Positions 32,422 through 44,641 of a DNA stretch of 64,000 nucleotides are shown here, piece after piece. Position 1 is the stretch's first letter. Each line of letters begins with the position of its first letter. Both the position numbers and the translations under genes were made by a program. The notes under the pieces were generated by a model. The model saw only the letters and a list, made by a program, of their open reading frames with translations, was not told the origin of the DNA and searched no databases. The DNA is from an uncultured Phycisphaerales bacterium (GTDB lineage Bacteria > Planctomycetota > Phycisphaerae > Tepidisphaerales > Tepidisphaeraceae), in the NCBI GenBank assembly GCA_963844715.1, contig CAWJPJ010000006.1, positions 1,152,001-1,216,000 on the forward strand, in the 5' to 3' direction.

Positions 32422-33810
32422 TTACGCCGATTCTTTTCGGCGTTCGGGTTTGAAATCGAAGAGTTGTCCGCGCCCTTCGACGATCTCCTCGTTGATGACG
32501 TATTTCCCGGCCTGTTGCTGCTCGGGAAGGAGATACATCAATTCCATCATGATCTCTTCGCAAACCGCCCGCAGCGCCCGCGCCCCGGTATCCCGTTTCA
32601 GGGCCCGCTCGGCGATCAGTTCCAGCGCCGCCGGGGTGAATTCCAGCTCGCTTCCCTCCAGGCGGAAGAACTTCTGATACTGCTTCACCAGCGCGTTCTT
32701 CGGCTCGGTCAGGATGCTGATCAAGGTCTTGGTATCCAGCGGCTCCAGCGTCGCCACCACGGGCATGCGGCCCACGAATTCCGGAATCATGCCGTATTCG
32801 ACGAGATCCTCCGGCTGAATCTGCCGCAAAATCTGGGCCCGATCCCGCGACGATTCCAGCGCCGTTGTCTCGCTGTTGAATCCGATCTGCCGTTTTCCGA
32901 GCCGTTTGCGGATGATGTCTTCCACGCCGACAAACGTCCCGCCGCAGATGAACAGAATCTGGCTGGTGTCCATCTGGATGTACTGCTGTTCCGGATGTTT
33001 CCGGCCGCCCTGCGGGGGAATATTGGCGATCGTGCCTTCGAGCATTTTCAGCAGCGCCTGCTGGACGCCCTCGCCGGAAACGTCGCGCGTGATCGACACG
33101 TTATTCTGCGTCTTGCCGATCTTGTCGATTTCGTCGATGTAAACGATTCCGCGCTGCGCCGATTCCAGATCGTAATCCGCGTTCTGAAGCAGCTTGAGGA
33201 GGATGTTCTCGACGTCCTCGCCGACATATCCGGCCTCGGTCAGCGTGGTCGCGTCGCCGATGGCGAACGGAACGTTCAGGATTCTCGCCAGCGTCTTGGC
33301 CAGCAGGGTTTTCCCGCTGCCCGTCGGCCCGATGAGAAGCACGTTGCTCTTGTCGATTTCAACATCCGACGTCGAAGGCGTCGGGCTCGCCCCTTCCGGA
33401 TTGTTCACATTGCTCGATTCCGCCGTGCTGAGCCGCTTGTAATGATTATGCACCGCGACCGACAGAGCCTTCTTCGCGTAGCCCTGCCCGACAACGTATT
33501 GATCCAGGAAATCCTTGATTTGCCGGGGAGAGGGAATGCTGCTGAAGAGCGGCTGGCTAGCCGTCAGCTTGCGCTTTTCCTGGCGAATGATGTTGTGCGC
33601 CAGGTCGACGCAGTTGGCGCAGATGTAAACGTCGTTGGGACCCTCGACCATCGGGCCCACGTCCCGCGAAGACTTCCCGCAAAACGAGCACGTTGTAATG
33701 CGGCGACCGCGAAACCCACCCGGTGGATTTTGAGGATTGCCCGGCGGTGGAGGGTTACCAGGTCCGCCCGGTCCGCCTGTGCCTCCGCCCGTCCGATTGG
33801 TAGTGGCCAT
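32422..33810 (-). CDS. clpX: ATP-dependent Clp protease ATP-binding subunit ClpX
   Basis: CSFCGK zinc finger, [28 protein letters not shown]. Confidence 0.97.
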   Translation of the reverse strand: MATTNRTGGGTGGPGGPGNPPPPGNPQNPPGGFRGRRITTCSFCGKSSRDVGPMVEGPNDVYICANCVDLAHNIIRQEKRKLTASQPLFSSIPSPRQIKDFLDQYVVGQGYAKKALSVAVHNHYKRLSTAESSNVNNPEGASPTPSTSDVEIDKSNVLLIGPTGSGKTLLAKTLARILNVPFAIGDATTLTEAGYVGEDVENILLKLLQNADYDLESAQRGIVYIDEIDKIGKTQNNVSITRDVSGEGVQQALLKMLEGTIANIPPQGGRKHPEQQYIQMDTSQILFICGGTFVGVEDIIRKRLGKRQIGFNSETTALESSRDRAQILRQIQPEDLVEYGMIPEFVGRMPVVATLEPLDTKTLISILTEPKNALVKQYQKFFRLEGSELEFTPAALELIAERALKRDTGARALRAVCEEIMMELMYLLPEQQQAGKYVINEEIVEGRGQLFDFKPERRKESA

Positions 33811-34116
33811 CGACTCTGCATCCTCACGGGCCCTCTGCCAGGCCCCGTATCTCGTTGCGACTCCCGCTCGCTAGCCTCCGCGCAAACAACCGGCCGACAG
33901 CGAGTTAACCAAAGTAGGTTATCGAACAACGCCCGGTATGGACTTGATCCCCAATCCATACCGCGACCCACATCTTACTAGAGATCGACGCGAAAAGGAA
34001 AATCAATTCCGAACGATATGGAAATTCTCCGTTATCAGTCACTTGCGTCAAAATTATCGGCCCCACCGGTCCGTGCCGGGCCCGCCCTCACGCCCCGCAG
34101 CCGCCGCATTGCCCCT

Positions 34117-34425
34117 TCAACCCTTGCCAGCCTCCTTGGGCTTGCCCCCACTCTCCTTCATGCGGACCTGCGCCGCCGCCACCACCCGCGCCTTGGCTTT
34201 TTCGAATTCCTCATCGCTGATATGCCCGCCCTTTTTCAATTCCCGAAGATCGCTCAATGAAAATCCGTCCGGCCCGGCCCCCGTGTCCTCCTCATCGCCC
34301 CACATCCGTTTGCGAATCGCCAAAACTCCCCACGCCCCCGCTACGACGATCGCCACCAGCGCCACGCATATAAACAGTATGGACGTCGCATCCACATCGG
34401 CGACCGTAACCCAAACCGGACGCAT
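34117..34425 (-). CDS. SHOCT-domain membrane protein
   Basis: TM helix + LRELKKGGHISDEEFEKAK. Confidence 0.75.
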   Translation of the reverse strand: MRPVWVTVADVDATSILFICVALVAIVVAGAWGVLAIRKRMWGDEEDTGAGPDGFSLSDLRELKKGGHISDEEFEKAKARVVAAAQVRMKESGGKPKEAGKG

Positions 34426-34507
34426 TTAAGAAACTCCCGCAAAGCCAACAGAGGGCAATCCTTCGGCACAGCCGCGCCCGCCATGCGTGGGGAAGGTCAC
34501 GCGGCGA

Positions 34508-36065
34508 TTATTGACCACTCCCCTGCGTCGACGGAATTAGCCGGAAAATCTTTCCCGTCCCGTCGTAGACTTTAATCTTCCCGTCCACGATGCGTATGCG
34601 CCCAAAATCCAATATATAGAGCGACCCGTCCGGCCCGAATTTCACATCGATGGGCCGCTCCAGCGCGTATTCCGGGGAGTCGTGCAGTCCGCTCGCCGGT
34701 CCACCTGCCGTATTATATATGAAGTCCTGCACCTCGCGCCGATCCGGATCCACCCGCACGATCTTGAACCCCGTGGGCGTGCCCATCAGCGGCTGATCCG
34801 CGTTCGAAAACGGGGACCGATCCCCCCATAACGCCACGACCAAATCCCCCGCATACTCGCGAAACGGCCCGTTCGACGGCACAAAATCCATCTTCGACGC
34901 GCCCGCCTGCGAGGGGAATTGCGCCGCCATCCATCGCATATCCGGATCGGTCAGGCCGCTTGCCTCGTGGTCGATTACAAATCCAACGTCGGGATAACCG
35001 GTGGGGATCACCATCCAACTCGGCGGCTGAAACTCCGCCTCGCCCACGGGATGCAAACTCCGGCTGAAATCCGGCCACCCGTACCACGCATCCGTCACCA
35101 GGCGAAACAGTCCGTCCGGATCATGCGAAATCGGCCGCGTCCCGCGAAGCTCCATCCCCTGATCCGTAAAATAAACCCGCCCGAATTCGTTCACGATCAA
35201 CCCGACCGGATTTCTCACGCCCCACGCCTCGAGCCGCAAATCTCCCCCCTCCGGCGAAATGCTGTAAATCGCGCCCGTAGGCTTCGACATCGGCGACGCC
35301 GGTATTCGCGTAATGTCGCTGACGCCGAACGGCTCGAACGGCACGGTCACCGTCGTGTCCGATGAGAAAATGCTGGCCTTCGGATTCTGGGCGTCAAACC
35401 GATATCCCAGCAGCTTCAACGGCTTGGCCGGCAAATCGCACGCACCCGGATGGTCCCGCACCCAGCCCGTCTCCCAGTTGTCCAGCCCCACCACGCCGCT
35501 GTTCGTCGTCTGCGCCGACCCCGAAATACAGCCGCTCGTGAATCGACGAGACGGCGATGTCCGTCATCCCGTAATCCCCCTGCGTCGGCAAATCCGCCAC
35601 CACCGTCACGTGCGACCCGTCATATCCGAACGACGTAATCACGCCCCGGTCGTGGGCGTCCCGGTGGGAAACGAAAATCCGCCCTCGATAGCAGACGATT
35701 CCCCCGACCGGACCGTAAACTCGAAACCCGGGCTTGATGATCGGTATCCGGGTCTCGATCGGATAAATGTCAAACCGCGTCCCGTTGGGGCGAATCCCGA
35801 AAATGCGCGGGTCTTCGCCATCGTAACCGCCTTCGGTCACGATCATGTTCCCAAGTTCGTCAAAGCAAAACCCCGTCGGATTGTTCAGATTGTAAACGTA
35901 GGGCTGAAGTTCGAAATTGCTGGGATACTCCGTCGTCTTGCGATCAATCACCGTTTGCTGATCCGGCGGCAGGACCCGCGGTCCGACCACGCATCCCCCG
36001 GCAACCAACAGCCCGGCAAGGCCTACGAATCTTCCCAACCATCCGATCGATCTTGAGCTAATCAT
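34508..36065 (-). CDS. Lipoprotein, glucose/sorbosone dehydrogenase-like beta-propeller (frameshift near 35500)
   Basis: VAGG|C lipobox, AWGVRNP, YGWPD, ERPIDVKFGPDGSLYILDFG. Confidence 0.75.
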
Positions 36066-36112
36066 GGATTGGCTTCATCTATACCGCCGGGCGGCCCGGC
36101 TGTCACGATCCT

Positions 36113-37052
<940 letters not shown>

Positions 37053-37084
37053 TCATCTTCCTTTCCGTTTCGGACGATTTGATT

Positions 37085-38586
37085 ATGAACAAACCGGCAG
37101 GAGATTCAAATTCCCTTGATGGTAAGCCCACGCACTGCCATGGGTGGGCGTTTGACGGAGATCGGACCTACCATACTCCCGAACCATGGCCCGCGCCGAC
37201 TACTATCCCCGCCCCCGCGCTGCTCGATTCGCCCTCCGAATCCAACGCTCAACTCCTGCGCCAAGTCCTCGCCCTGGCCCTCCCCGTCCTGGCCGAGCAG
37301 GTTCTCAACATGCTGGTCGGCATCAACGACACTTATCTGGCCAACCATCTCCCCCAGCATGCCCCCGACGCCGGCGCGGCCGTGGGAACCATCACCTACT
37401 TCATCTGGTTCATCGGATTGCTGGTCGCTTCCATCGGCACGGGGAGCACCGCCATCATCGCCCGCGCCAAAGGCGCGCGCCACAAATCGCTGGCTAACAA
37501 AGTTACCGGGCAATCCATCTCCGCCGCTTTGATTGTCGGCGTCGCCGTCGGCGTCCTGATGTACGCCTTCGCTCCCGAAACCGCCGCCGCCACGCGCCTC
37601 CAGGGGCTGGCCCGGCCGATGGCTTTCTATTACCTCCGCCTCCTCAGTTGGTCGCTTCCACCTTACATGCTCATGTTCGTCGCCAACGCCTGCCTGCGCG
37701 GCGGCGGAGACACCGTCACACCCGCGGTGAGCATGATCTTCGTCAACCTCCTCAACATGGTCGCCAGCTTCGCTCTAACCCGCGGCTGGTGGGGTCTCCC
37801 CGTCCTCGGCTTCCAGGGCATCGCGCTGGGAACCATGATCGCCTACATCACCGGCGGCGTTCTCCAATTCGTCGTCCTCTGCATCGGAACCCGCGGCGCA
37901 AAGCTCTATCTGCACCGCCTGCCGCCACATTGGCACACCATCAAACGCCTCCTGAAAATCGGCATCCCCGCCGGCATGGAGGGGCTGATCGCCTGGGCGC
38001 GAACTTCGCGGTGATTGCGGTCATTAACGCGATGGACTCGACGAACATCTCGTCGGCCGCCCACATGAACACGATCCGCCTGGAGAGTCTCAGTTTCATG
38101 TCCGGCATCGCCTTCGCGACCGCCGCGGCGACGCTCGTCGGCATGAGCCTGGGGCAGAAAAATCCCCGCCGGGCAATCCGCGCCGCTTATCTCTCCTATG
38201 CCGTCGGGGGCGGACTCATGACTTTCTGCGGAATCCTCATGATCACCCTCGGCCGTTACCCTGCTGAGTGGCTCTCCTCCGGCGACCCCCAGATCGTCCA
38301 TCTCACCACCCGCTGCCTCTTCATCACCGGCTTCATCCAATCCGGATTCGCCGCCAACCTCATCTTCGGCGGCGCCCTCCGCGGCGCGGGCGACACCCTG
38401 GTCGTCATGATCCTCAACCTCTCGACCCAACTCACGCTCCGCTGCATGGGCGTCATCGTTGTCGGCCTCTGGTTTCATCTCGGCCTGGCCGCAGTTTGGA
38501 TGGTCCTGGCCGGCGAACTCTTCATCCGAGGATGCCTGACGTACGCCCGCTTCCGTCAAGGCGGATGGATGACGATTCAAGTCTGA
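37085..38586 (+). CDS. MATE family efflux transporter (frameshift near 38000)
   Basis: LALPVLAEQ, LRGGGDT..P, LRGAGDT, two hydrophobic halves. Confidence 0.9.
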
Positions 38587-38615
38587 TCCGGATTGTCCTT
38601 CCAGCTCGGACGGTA

Positions 38616-38727
38616 AAAAGCATTAGCACGGAGGACACAGAGATCACAGAGAGCACAGAGAAAAAATTCTTGTTTTGTTTTTCTCTGTGCTCTCTGTGAT
38701 CTCTGTGTCCTCCGTGCTAATGCTTTT
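38616..38727. repeat. Perfect 50-bp-arm palindrome built of 9-mer (CACAGAG-core) units
   Basis: 38616-38665 is the exact reverse complement of 38678-38727; 12-nt loop; lies between convergent genes. Confidence 0.9.
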
Positions 38728-39898
38728 GAGACAAGCCCACAGGAAATAAAACCGGGAGAAGTTTTTCCACCGCGTGCCGCCAGGTGTAATTCTTCTGCAC
38801 GATTGCCGGGCCCGTCTGATGCGCTTGCCGGCGAATTTCCGGGTCCTCGATCACTTGGCACATCAAATCCGCCAGGTGATCCACATCCGGCTCAAGATAC
38901 GTCCCCGTCTCACCGTGATAATCCGTTTTCTCCGTCAGTTTGCTTTTGATCCGCATCGCAAAATCGTCGCGCATAAAATCATCGGTCGGGCCGCCTGCCG
39001 TGCAGATCACCGGCGCTCCGCACGCCGCCGCTTCCAGGGCGGGAAGACAGAATCCCTCCGCGCGGTACGGCGCCACGTAGGCGTCGGCCAGCCGGTATAG
39101 CATCGCCACGTCTTCAAACGGCGCGGCACCGCCTCGGTAATGCAGCGAATTCCCGACTCTCTGCGCGTCTTCCGCCGGCAGTCCCGCCATCCGCGCGGCA
39201 AGCGCCTGATCGGAGTGGTAAAGCTCGTCCAGGCCCTTGACCATCAGACGCGTATTGGGATGTTTCCGCGTGACGATCGCCATCGCCTTGAGCAACACGT
39301 CGATCCCCTTGTTCATCGTCCCCGCGCCGACGGTGAGAAATACCGTCCCATCCCACCGCATCGCGCGGCGCATCTCCTCGCGCAGCGTTTCATCCATCGG
39401 CGAAAAGACCTGCGCATCCACTCCGTGGGGGACGACCACCACCCGCTCGGGCGGCGCGCCGCTGGCGAGCAGACCCTGCGCGACCAATTCGACGGCGTGA
39501 CGATCGTCGCCGCGCTCTCGGCAAGGGTTTCGGCGATCGACCGATTATCAAACGTATATTCCCTGGGAATCATGCGAAATTCGGCGGTCGTGAAGACAAC
39601 CGTGCGATCCGCCTGCGGCGAATCGCCGCAGGTCAATCCTCCCGCCGATGCGATACAGCGCGTCGAACCTTTCCCCCTCCCCCGGCATACGAATCGCGGC
39701 AATTTGCCTTTCCTGCTCGACCGAAAACAGACCTCCCACAGGCTTCCAGTGCGGCGCCAAATAAGGAAGGTCCCGATGCGCGATGGAAATTTCCGGCCGC
39801 TTTAGCAGTTCCAAAATCTGGAACTGATTCACCATCGCATAAGAATGCGGCAGCCCCCGCCACCCCTCGATCAGTAATTTCTTCTGCCCTTGGGCCAT
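38717..39898 (-). CDS. Glycosyltransferase family 4 (frameshift near 39500-39550)
   Basis: VVPHGVD, NKGID, PYRAEGFCLPALEAAACG. Confidence 0.85.
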
Positions 39899-40690
39899 TT
39901 ACCGATTCCGATTTAGACGCGCCGTCACCGCGGCCGCAAAGCGCCGCGGCACCAGCCGCGGAATCGACGCGAGAATTTTATTCGTCCATCCCGTCGCCAC
40001 CGCCCGCTTGCCCCGCATGGTCGCGGCGTATGCGATCTCCGCCACTCTCCGCGACGTCATGGATGTCGCCATCAATTTTGACGACGTCATCCCCGCGCGT
40101 TTCCCAAACTCCGTCGCCGTCGGCCCGGGGCAGACCACCGTCACGGTCACGCCCGTCCCCTTGAGTTCCGTCGCCAGCGCTTCGGAATAGGAAAGCACAA
40201 ACGCCTTGGTCGCGTAATACACCGCCATCCCCGGCCCCGGCATGAACCCCGCCACCGATCCCAGATTCATCACCCGCCCGCTCTTGCGCTGAATCATCGG
40301 CGGCAAAAACAGCCGCGTCAGATGCACCAGCGCCCCGATGTTCACCTGCACCATCCCAAGCTGCACCATCGGATCGCTTTCGGCAAACGCCCCCACGCTC
40401 CCGAACCCCGCGTTGTTCACCAGGAAATCCACCGCGATCCCCGCGGCCCCGACCTGATCGTAAACTTCCTGCCCCGCCCCCGGCAGCGCCAGGTCCTTGA
40501 CGATCACTCTCACATTCACGCCACGCTCCCCGCGAATCTTCTCCGCCAGCGCATGAAGCTGATTCTCGCTCCGCGACACCAGCACGAGATCGTGCCCCTC
40601 GCGGGAAAAAATTTCCGCCAGATCGCGCCCGATCCCCACCGATGCCCCCGTCACCAGCGCGGTCTTACCCGAGCGATTGGCCATACCCAT
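39899..40690 (-). CDS. SDR family oxidoreductase
   Basis: TGASVGIG, NNAGFG, YYATK. Confidence 0.9.
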   Translation of the reverse strand: MGMANRSGKTALVTGASVGIGRDLAEIFSREGHDLVLVSRSENQLHALAEKIRGERGVNVRVIVKDLALPGAGQEVYDQVGAAGIAVDFLVNNAGFGSVGAFAESDPMVQLGMVQVNIGALVHLTRLFLPPMIQRKSGRVMNLGSVAGFMPGPGMAVYYATKAFVLSYSEALATELKGTGVTVTVVCPGPTATEFGKRAGMTSSKLMATSMTSRRVAEIAYAATMRGKRAVATGWTNKILASIPRLVPRRFAAAVTARLNRNR

Positions 40691-40693
40691 ACT

Positions 40694-41335
40694 CTACGGC
40701 GAAAGCCGCTGGATCGTCCACGTCCCGTCCGGTTGCAATGAATAAAGCAACCGATCGTGCAACCGGCTCGCGCGCCCCTGCCAGAATTCGATCTTCTCCG
40801 GCTTCAGCCGATATCCACCCCAAAAATCCGGCACCGGCACCTTCCCCACGGCGTATTTAAGCACCGCCTTCGCCGCCGCCTTATCCAATTCCAGCCGCGA
40901 GGAAATCGGAGTGCTCTGCTTTGAAAACCAGGCCCCGATCTGCGAAAGCCGGGGACGAGAATGAAAATACTCTTCTGTCTCCTCGCGGGTCACTCGCGCG
41001 ATCGTCCCTTCCACGCGCACCTGTCTCTCGAGACTTTCCCAAAAGAATACCATTGCCGCGTGCGGATTTACCTCCAGATCGCATCCCTTGCGGCCGTCGT
41101 AATTCGTGTAAAAAACAAAGCCGCGGGAATCGAACCCCTTCAGCAGCATCACCCGCGCGGAAGGCTTCCCCGACGGATCGGCGGTGGCCAGGACCATCGC
41201 GTTGGCCTCCCCCGTCTTCGCAGCCACCGCTTCTTCCAGCCACTTCGCAAACTGCGCCATCGGCTCGGACAACGTGGACGAGTCGTCCAAGTGCCCTTTG
41301 CCGTATTCGACGCGCAAGTCACGTGGATCGATCAT
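40694..41335 (-). CDS. pdxH: Pyridoxamine 5'-phosphate oxidase
   Basis: ARVMLLK, FYTNY..RKG, YFHSRP, EFWQGRASRLHDR. Confidence 0.95.
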   Translation of the reverse strand: MIDPRDLRVEYGKGHLDDSSTLSEPMAQFAKWLEEAVAAKTGEANAMVLATADPSGKPSARVMLLKGFDSRGFVFYTNYDGRKGCDLEVNPHAAMVFFWESLERQVRVEGTIARVTREETEEYFHSRPRLSQIGAWFSKQSTPISSRLELDKAAAKAVLKYAVGKVPVPDFWGGYRLKPEKIEFWQGRASRLHDRLLYSLQPDGTWTIQRLSP

Positions 41336-41630
41336 GGCCTTTCCTTTTGCGCGGCCACAATGGGGGCCAACTATGATCTTTGCGCCACTTCGCTTCGGCG
41401 CGATCTTCCTTTTCCTTAAGCTTTGAAAATTCGGCCAGCGTCATGCATTGCATCGTGCGCTCGATTGGCCGGGATAGGGCCTCGGCGCCATATCTTGCCA
41501 ATCGCACCAATTCGAGCAATTCGATTCGCTGCTGACCCGTAAGCGAATGTACCCAATTCGATTCTTCTTGCTCGTTCCTAAAATTCGGAACCGGAATCGA
41601 AAATAACGAGCGGTCGAAGGGATCGAGCAT
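41319..41630 (-). CDS. Small hypothetical protein, antitoxin-like
   Basis: GGAG RBS; W..LT..QRIELLELVR...YG pattern; lower GC. Confidence 0.45.
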   Translation of the reverse strand: MLDPFDRSLFSIPVPNFRNEQEESNWVHSLTGQQRIELLELVRLARYGAEALSRPIERTMQCMTLAEFSKLKEKEDRAEAKWRKDHSWPPLWPRKRKGHDRST

Positions 41631-41759
41631 GGCAGTGTCTCCAGTTCGCTCGCTCGTCGAAATCAATCCCCGATTACGCCGCACAAAATTGGACGTCCTC
41701 GGCCTCCAAATCGGTGAGCGCCACAAATCCAAACCGCGACTTGTCCAGCTTCTCTTCGA

Positions 41760-42774
41760 TCATTGCTTATAAAACTTCGGCTCCGGCTTACCGAGCTTCT
41801 CCCATTGCTTATTGATCTCATCCATCTTCCCAGCGCTATTCAGCACGTGCAGCTTCCTCTGCACCATCTTTGTGATCGCCTCGCGGGCCGGGCCGAGGTA
41901 ATTCCGTGGATCGAACTCCGCCGGCTTGGTCGCGAAGACCTCGCGAATCTTGGCGGTCATGGCCAGGCGGAGATCGGTGTCGATGTTCACCTTGCAGACC
42001 CCGTAATTCCGCACCGCCATCGAAATCTGGTCCTCCGGCACGCCGCTGCGCGTTCGGCATCGCGCCGCCGTACTTGTTCACCAGGTCGATGAACTCCTGC
42101 GGCACGCTGCTGCTCCCATGCATCACCAGCGGCAAGCCCGGGCACGTCTTCATGATCTGCTCGATCCGATTGAACGCGAGCTTCGCCTCGTGCTTGAACT
42201 TGTATGCCCCATGGCTCGTTCCGATGGCAACGGCCAAACTGTCGATCCCCGCCCTCTCAGAAAAATCCGCCGCCTGCTCCGGGTCGGTCAAAAACTTCTC
42301 GACGTTCTTCTCATATTCCGCGGCGTCCAGTCCGACCACGTCTTCCTCGATCCCGCCGAGCATTCCCAGCTCTGCTTCAACGACCACGCCCGCCGCGTGC
42401 GAAATCTTCACCGCCTCGGCGGACAACTTGATGTTCTCCTCGAGCGGATGATGGCTCCCGTCGATCATGACGCTGGTGTATCCGTCATTGATGCAGGTCT
42501 GGATCAGATCGATCGTATCTCCATGATCGCAGTGAATCGCGATCGGCAGTTCCGGATGCTCCTCCACCGCCGCATCGATAATGTGCTTCAAATACCGGAT
42601 GTTCGCGTACTTCCTCGCCCCCTTGCTGATCTGCAAAATCAGCGGCGATTTCTCCCTGAAGCAGGCGTCGATAATCGCCTGCGCCAGCTCCATGTTGTTG
42701 ACATTAAAAGCCCCAACGGCAAACCCGCCGCCATAGGCCAGATCAAACATCGGTTTCGTCGTCATTAAAGGCAT
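41760..42774 (-). CDS. fba: Class II fructose-1,6-bisphosphate aldolase (frameshift near 42045)
   Basis: HCDHG, SVMIDGSH, VEAELG, AIGTSHGAYK, LVMHGSS, KVNIDTDLR, FDPR. Confidence 0.95.
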
Positions 42775-42847
42775 TTCTTTGTTCCTTTCGAGCGCAGAAC
42801 AAGCATTTTAGTGAGGGGAAGCGAAGACGCAAATGAGAGCGAGTGGT

Positions 42848-42971
42848 GAAACCAGAAGCCCGAAGCCAGAAACCAGAATCCATGCCCAAATGCTCAAATG
42901 ACCGAATCGGCCCTTCGGTCATTCGGTCATTCGGGTTTGATTCTGGTTTCGGGTTTCTGGTTTCTGGTTTC
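42848..42971. repeat. Nested inverted-repeat element (outer GAAACCA heptamers, inner AATGACCG-type units)
   Basis: gaaaccagaagcccgaagccagaaaccagaatc ... gattctggtttcgggtttctggtttctggtttc. Confidence 0.85.
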
Positions 42972-42981
42972 GGATTTTCGC

Positions 42982-44035
42982 TCACGCAACCGTTATCGAA
43001 GAATCGAGATAAATATCCTGAATCAAATTCAGCAACTTCACCCCATCCGTCATCGGCCGCTGAAACGCCTTGCGGCCGCTGATGAGTCCCATCCCACCGG
43101 CGCGCTTATTGATGACCGCCGTCTTCGCGGCTTCGGCGAAATCATTCGCACCGCTTGCTCCGCCGCTGTTGATCAGCGGGCTGCGGCCCATATAGCAATT
43201 CGCCACCTGATACCGGCACAGCTCGATCGGGTGATCGCCTGGCGTCAGTTCCGAATAAACGCGCTTGTCCGTCTTCCCGAATTTCAGGGCGGTAAATCCG
43301 CCGTTGGTCTCGGGCAGTTTTTGTTTGATGATGTCCGCCTGGATCGTCACGCCAAGATGATTCGCCTGCCCGGTTAGATCGGCGGCGACATGATAATCCT
43401 TCTCCGCCGTCTTGAACGCGGGATTGCGCAGGTAGCACCAGAGCACGGTCACCAATCCCAGCTCGATGCGCCGCGGCAAACATCTTGGACACTTCCTGAA
43501 TCTGCCGCGACGACTCGTCCGATCCGAAGTAAATCGTCGCCCCCACCGCCACCGCGCCCATGTCGAACGCCTGCTTGACGCTCCCGAACATGATTTGATC
43601 GAACTTGTTCGGATAAGTCAGAAATTCGTTGTGATTCAGTTTCACCAGGAAGGGAATCCTGTGCGCATATTTGCGCGAGCACGATCCCAGGACGCCCAGC
43701 GTCGACGCCACCGCGTTGCAGCCGCCTTCGACGGCCAGCTTGATGATATTCTGCGGATCGAAGTACAAGGGATTGGCCGCGAAGCTCGCCCCGGCCGAGT
43801 GCTCGATCCCCTGATCCACCGGGAGAATCGAAACATATCCCGTCCCCGACAGCCGCCCGTGGTTGATAATCTGATTGAAATTGCGCAGAACGTTCGGACA
43901 CCGATCCGTCTGAGCAACAATTCGATCCACAAAATCCGGCCCCGGAAGATGAAGTGATTCCTTCTTGAATCCCTTGGCCGTGTAATTCAACAATTTGTCC
44001 GCGTCATTTCCCAAAAGATCTGTAATCGCGCTCAT
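42982..44035 (-). CDS. fbaB: Class I fructose-bisphosphate aldolase FbaB (frameshift near 43470)
   Basis: [40 protein letters not shown]. Confidence 0.95.
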
Positions 44036-44175
44036 AGTTCTCCTTCATGGAATGCGAATTCTAGCCACTATGATTAGAATTCGTCCCCGAAGTAATAGGG
44101 AAATCGCCCTATTTTTTGTCGATAAATGATTTTTCGCACTCCAAACGCCCGCCGCGCCGTCGTGGGCCATTTTAT

Positions 44176-44532
44176 TTATATCGAAGACTGATTCCCCGCC
44201 CCGCGAAGCAGTTCAGGAAGGATTTGCACAAACCGGCTCCGCGCCACGATATCCCGAATCCCCATCCCCCTGGCGGCGTTAATGGTTTCTTCATCAACAT
44301 GCGAAACGAACCCGACGACCTTTCCTCCCCCCTTCTGCCATTCCGCCGCCGCTTCCGACGCCCCGGCCAGATTCAAATCAACGATGAGGAGCCGTCCCCC
44401 CGGCGGCAATTTCCCGGCCTCGCGCACAATCTGGCACTCGACCCCCGCCGCCCGAGCCTCAGCCATAATCCGCCCCGAAAACATCAGGTCGCGAACCAGC
44501 GCAAGGATTGGATATGTAATGCTTTCCGCCAC
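44176..44532 (-). CDS. Degenerate single-domain receiver-like protein
   Basis: DLMFSGRI, LLIVDLN, VVGFVSHV. Confidence 0.55.
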   Translation of the reverse strand: MAESITYPILALVRDLMFSGRIMAEARAAGVECQIVREAGKLPPGGRLLIVDLNLAGASEAAAEWQKGGGKVVGFVSHVDEETINAARGMGIRDIVARSRFVQILPELLRGAGNQSSI

Positions 44533-44588
44533 AGTGTGAAATTCTATTCCAAACGATTGAAAACATCGCGTCGAAAAGCGCGCCTCCC

Positions 44589-44641
44589 CATTCGGTCATT
44601 CGGTCATTGATTCGTCATTCGGATTTCGTCATTCGGATTTC
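44589..44641. repeat. GTCATTC/GGATTTC 7-8-mer tandem array
   Basis: cattcggtcattcggtcattgattcgtcattcggatttcgtcattcggatttc. Confidence 0.75.

Noticed and set aside
32464..33981. Long antisense ORFs (also 7412-8686, 53161-54183, 10043-11083)
   Set aside because: Shadow frames of clpX, tadA, GT2 and the secretin in high-GC DNA; no recognisable motifs.
42848..42971. Short repeat arrays as CRISPR
   Set aside because: Units are 7-9 nt, tandem and inverted, without unique spacers; no cas genes in the window.
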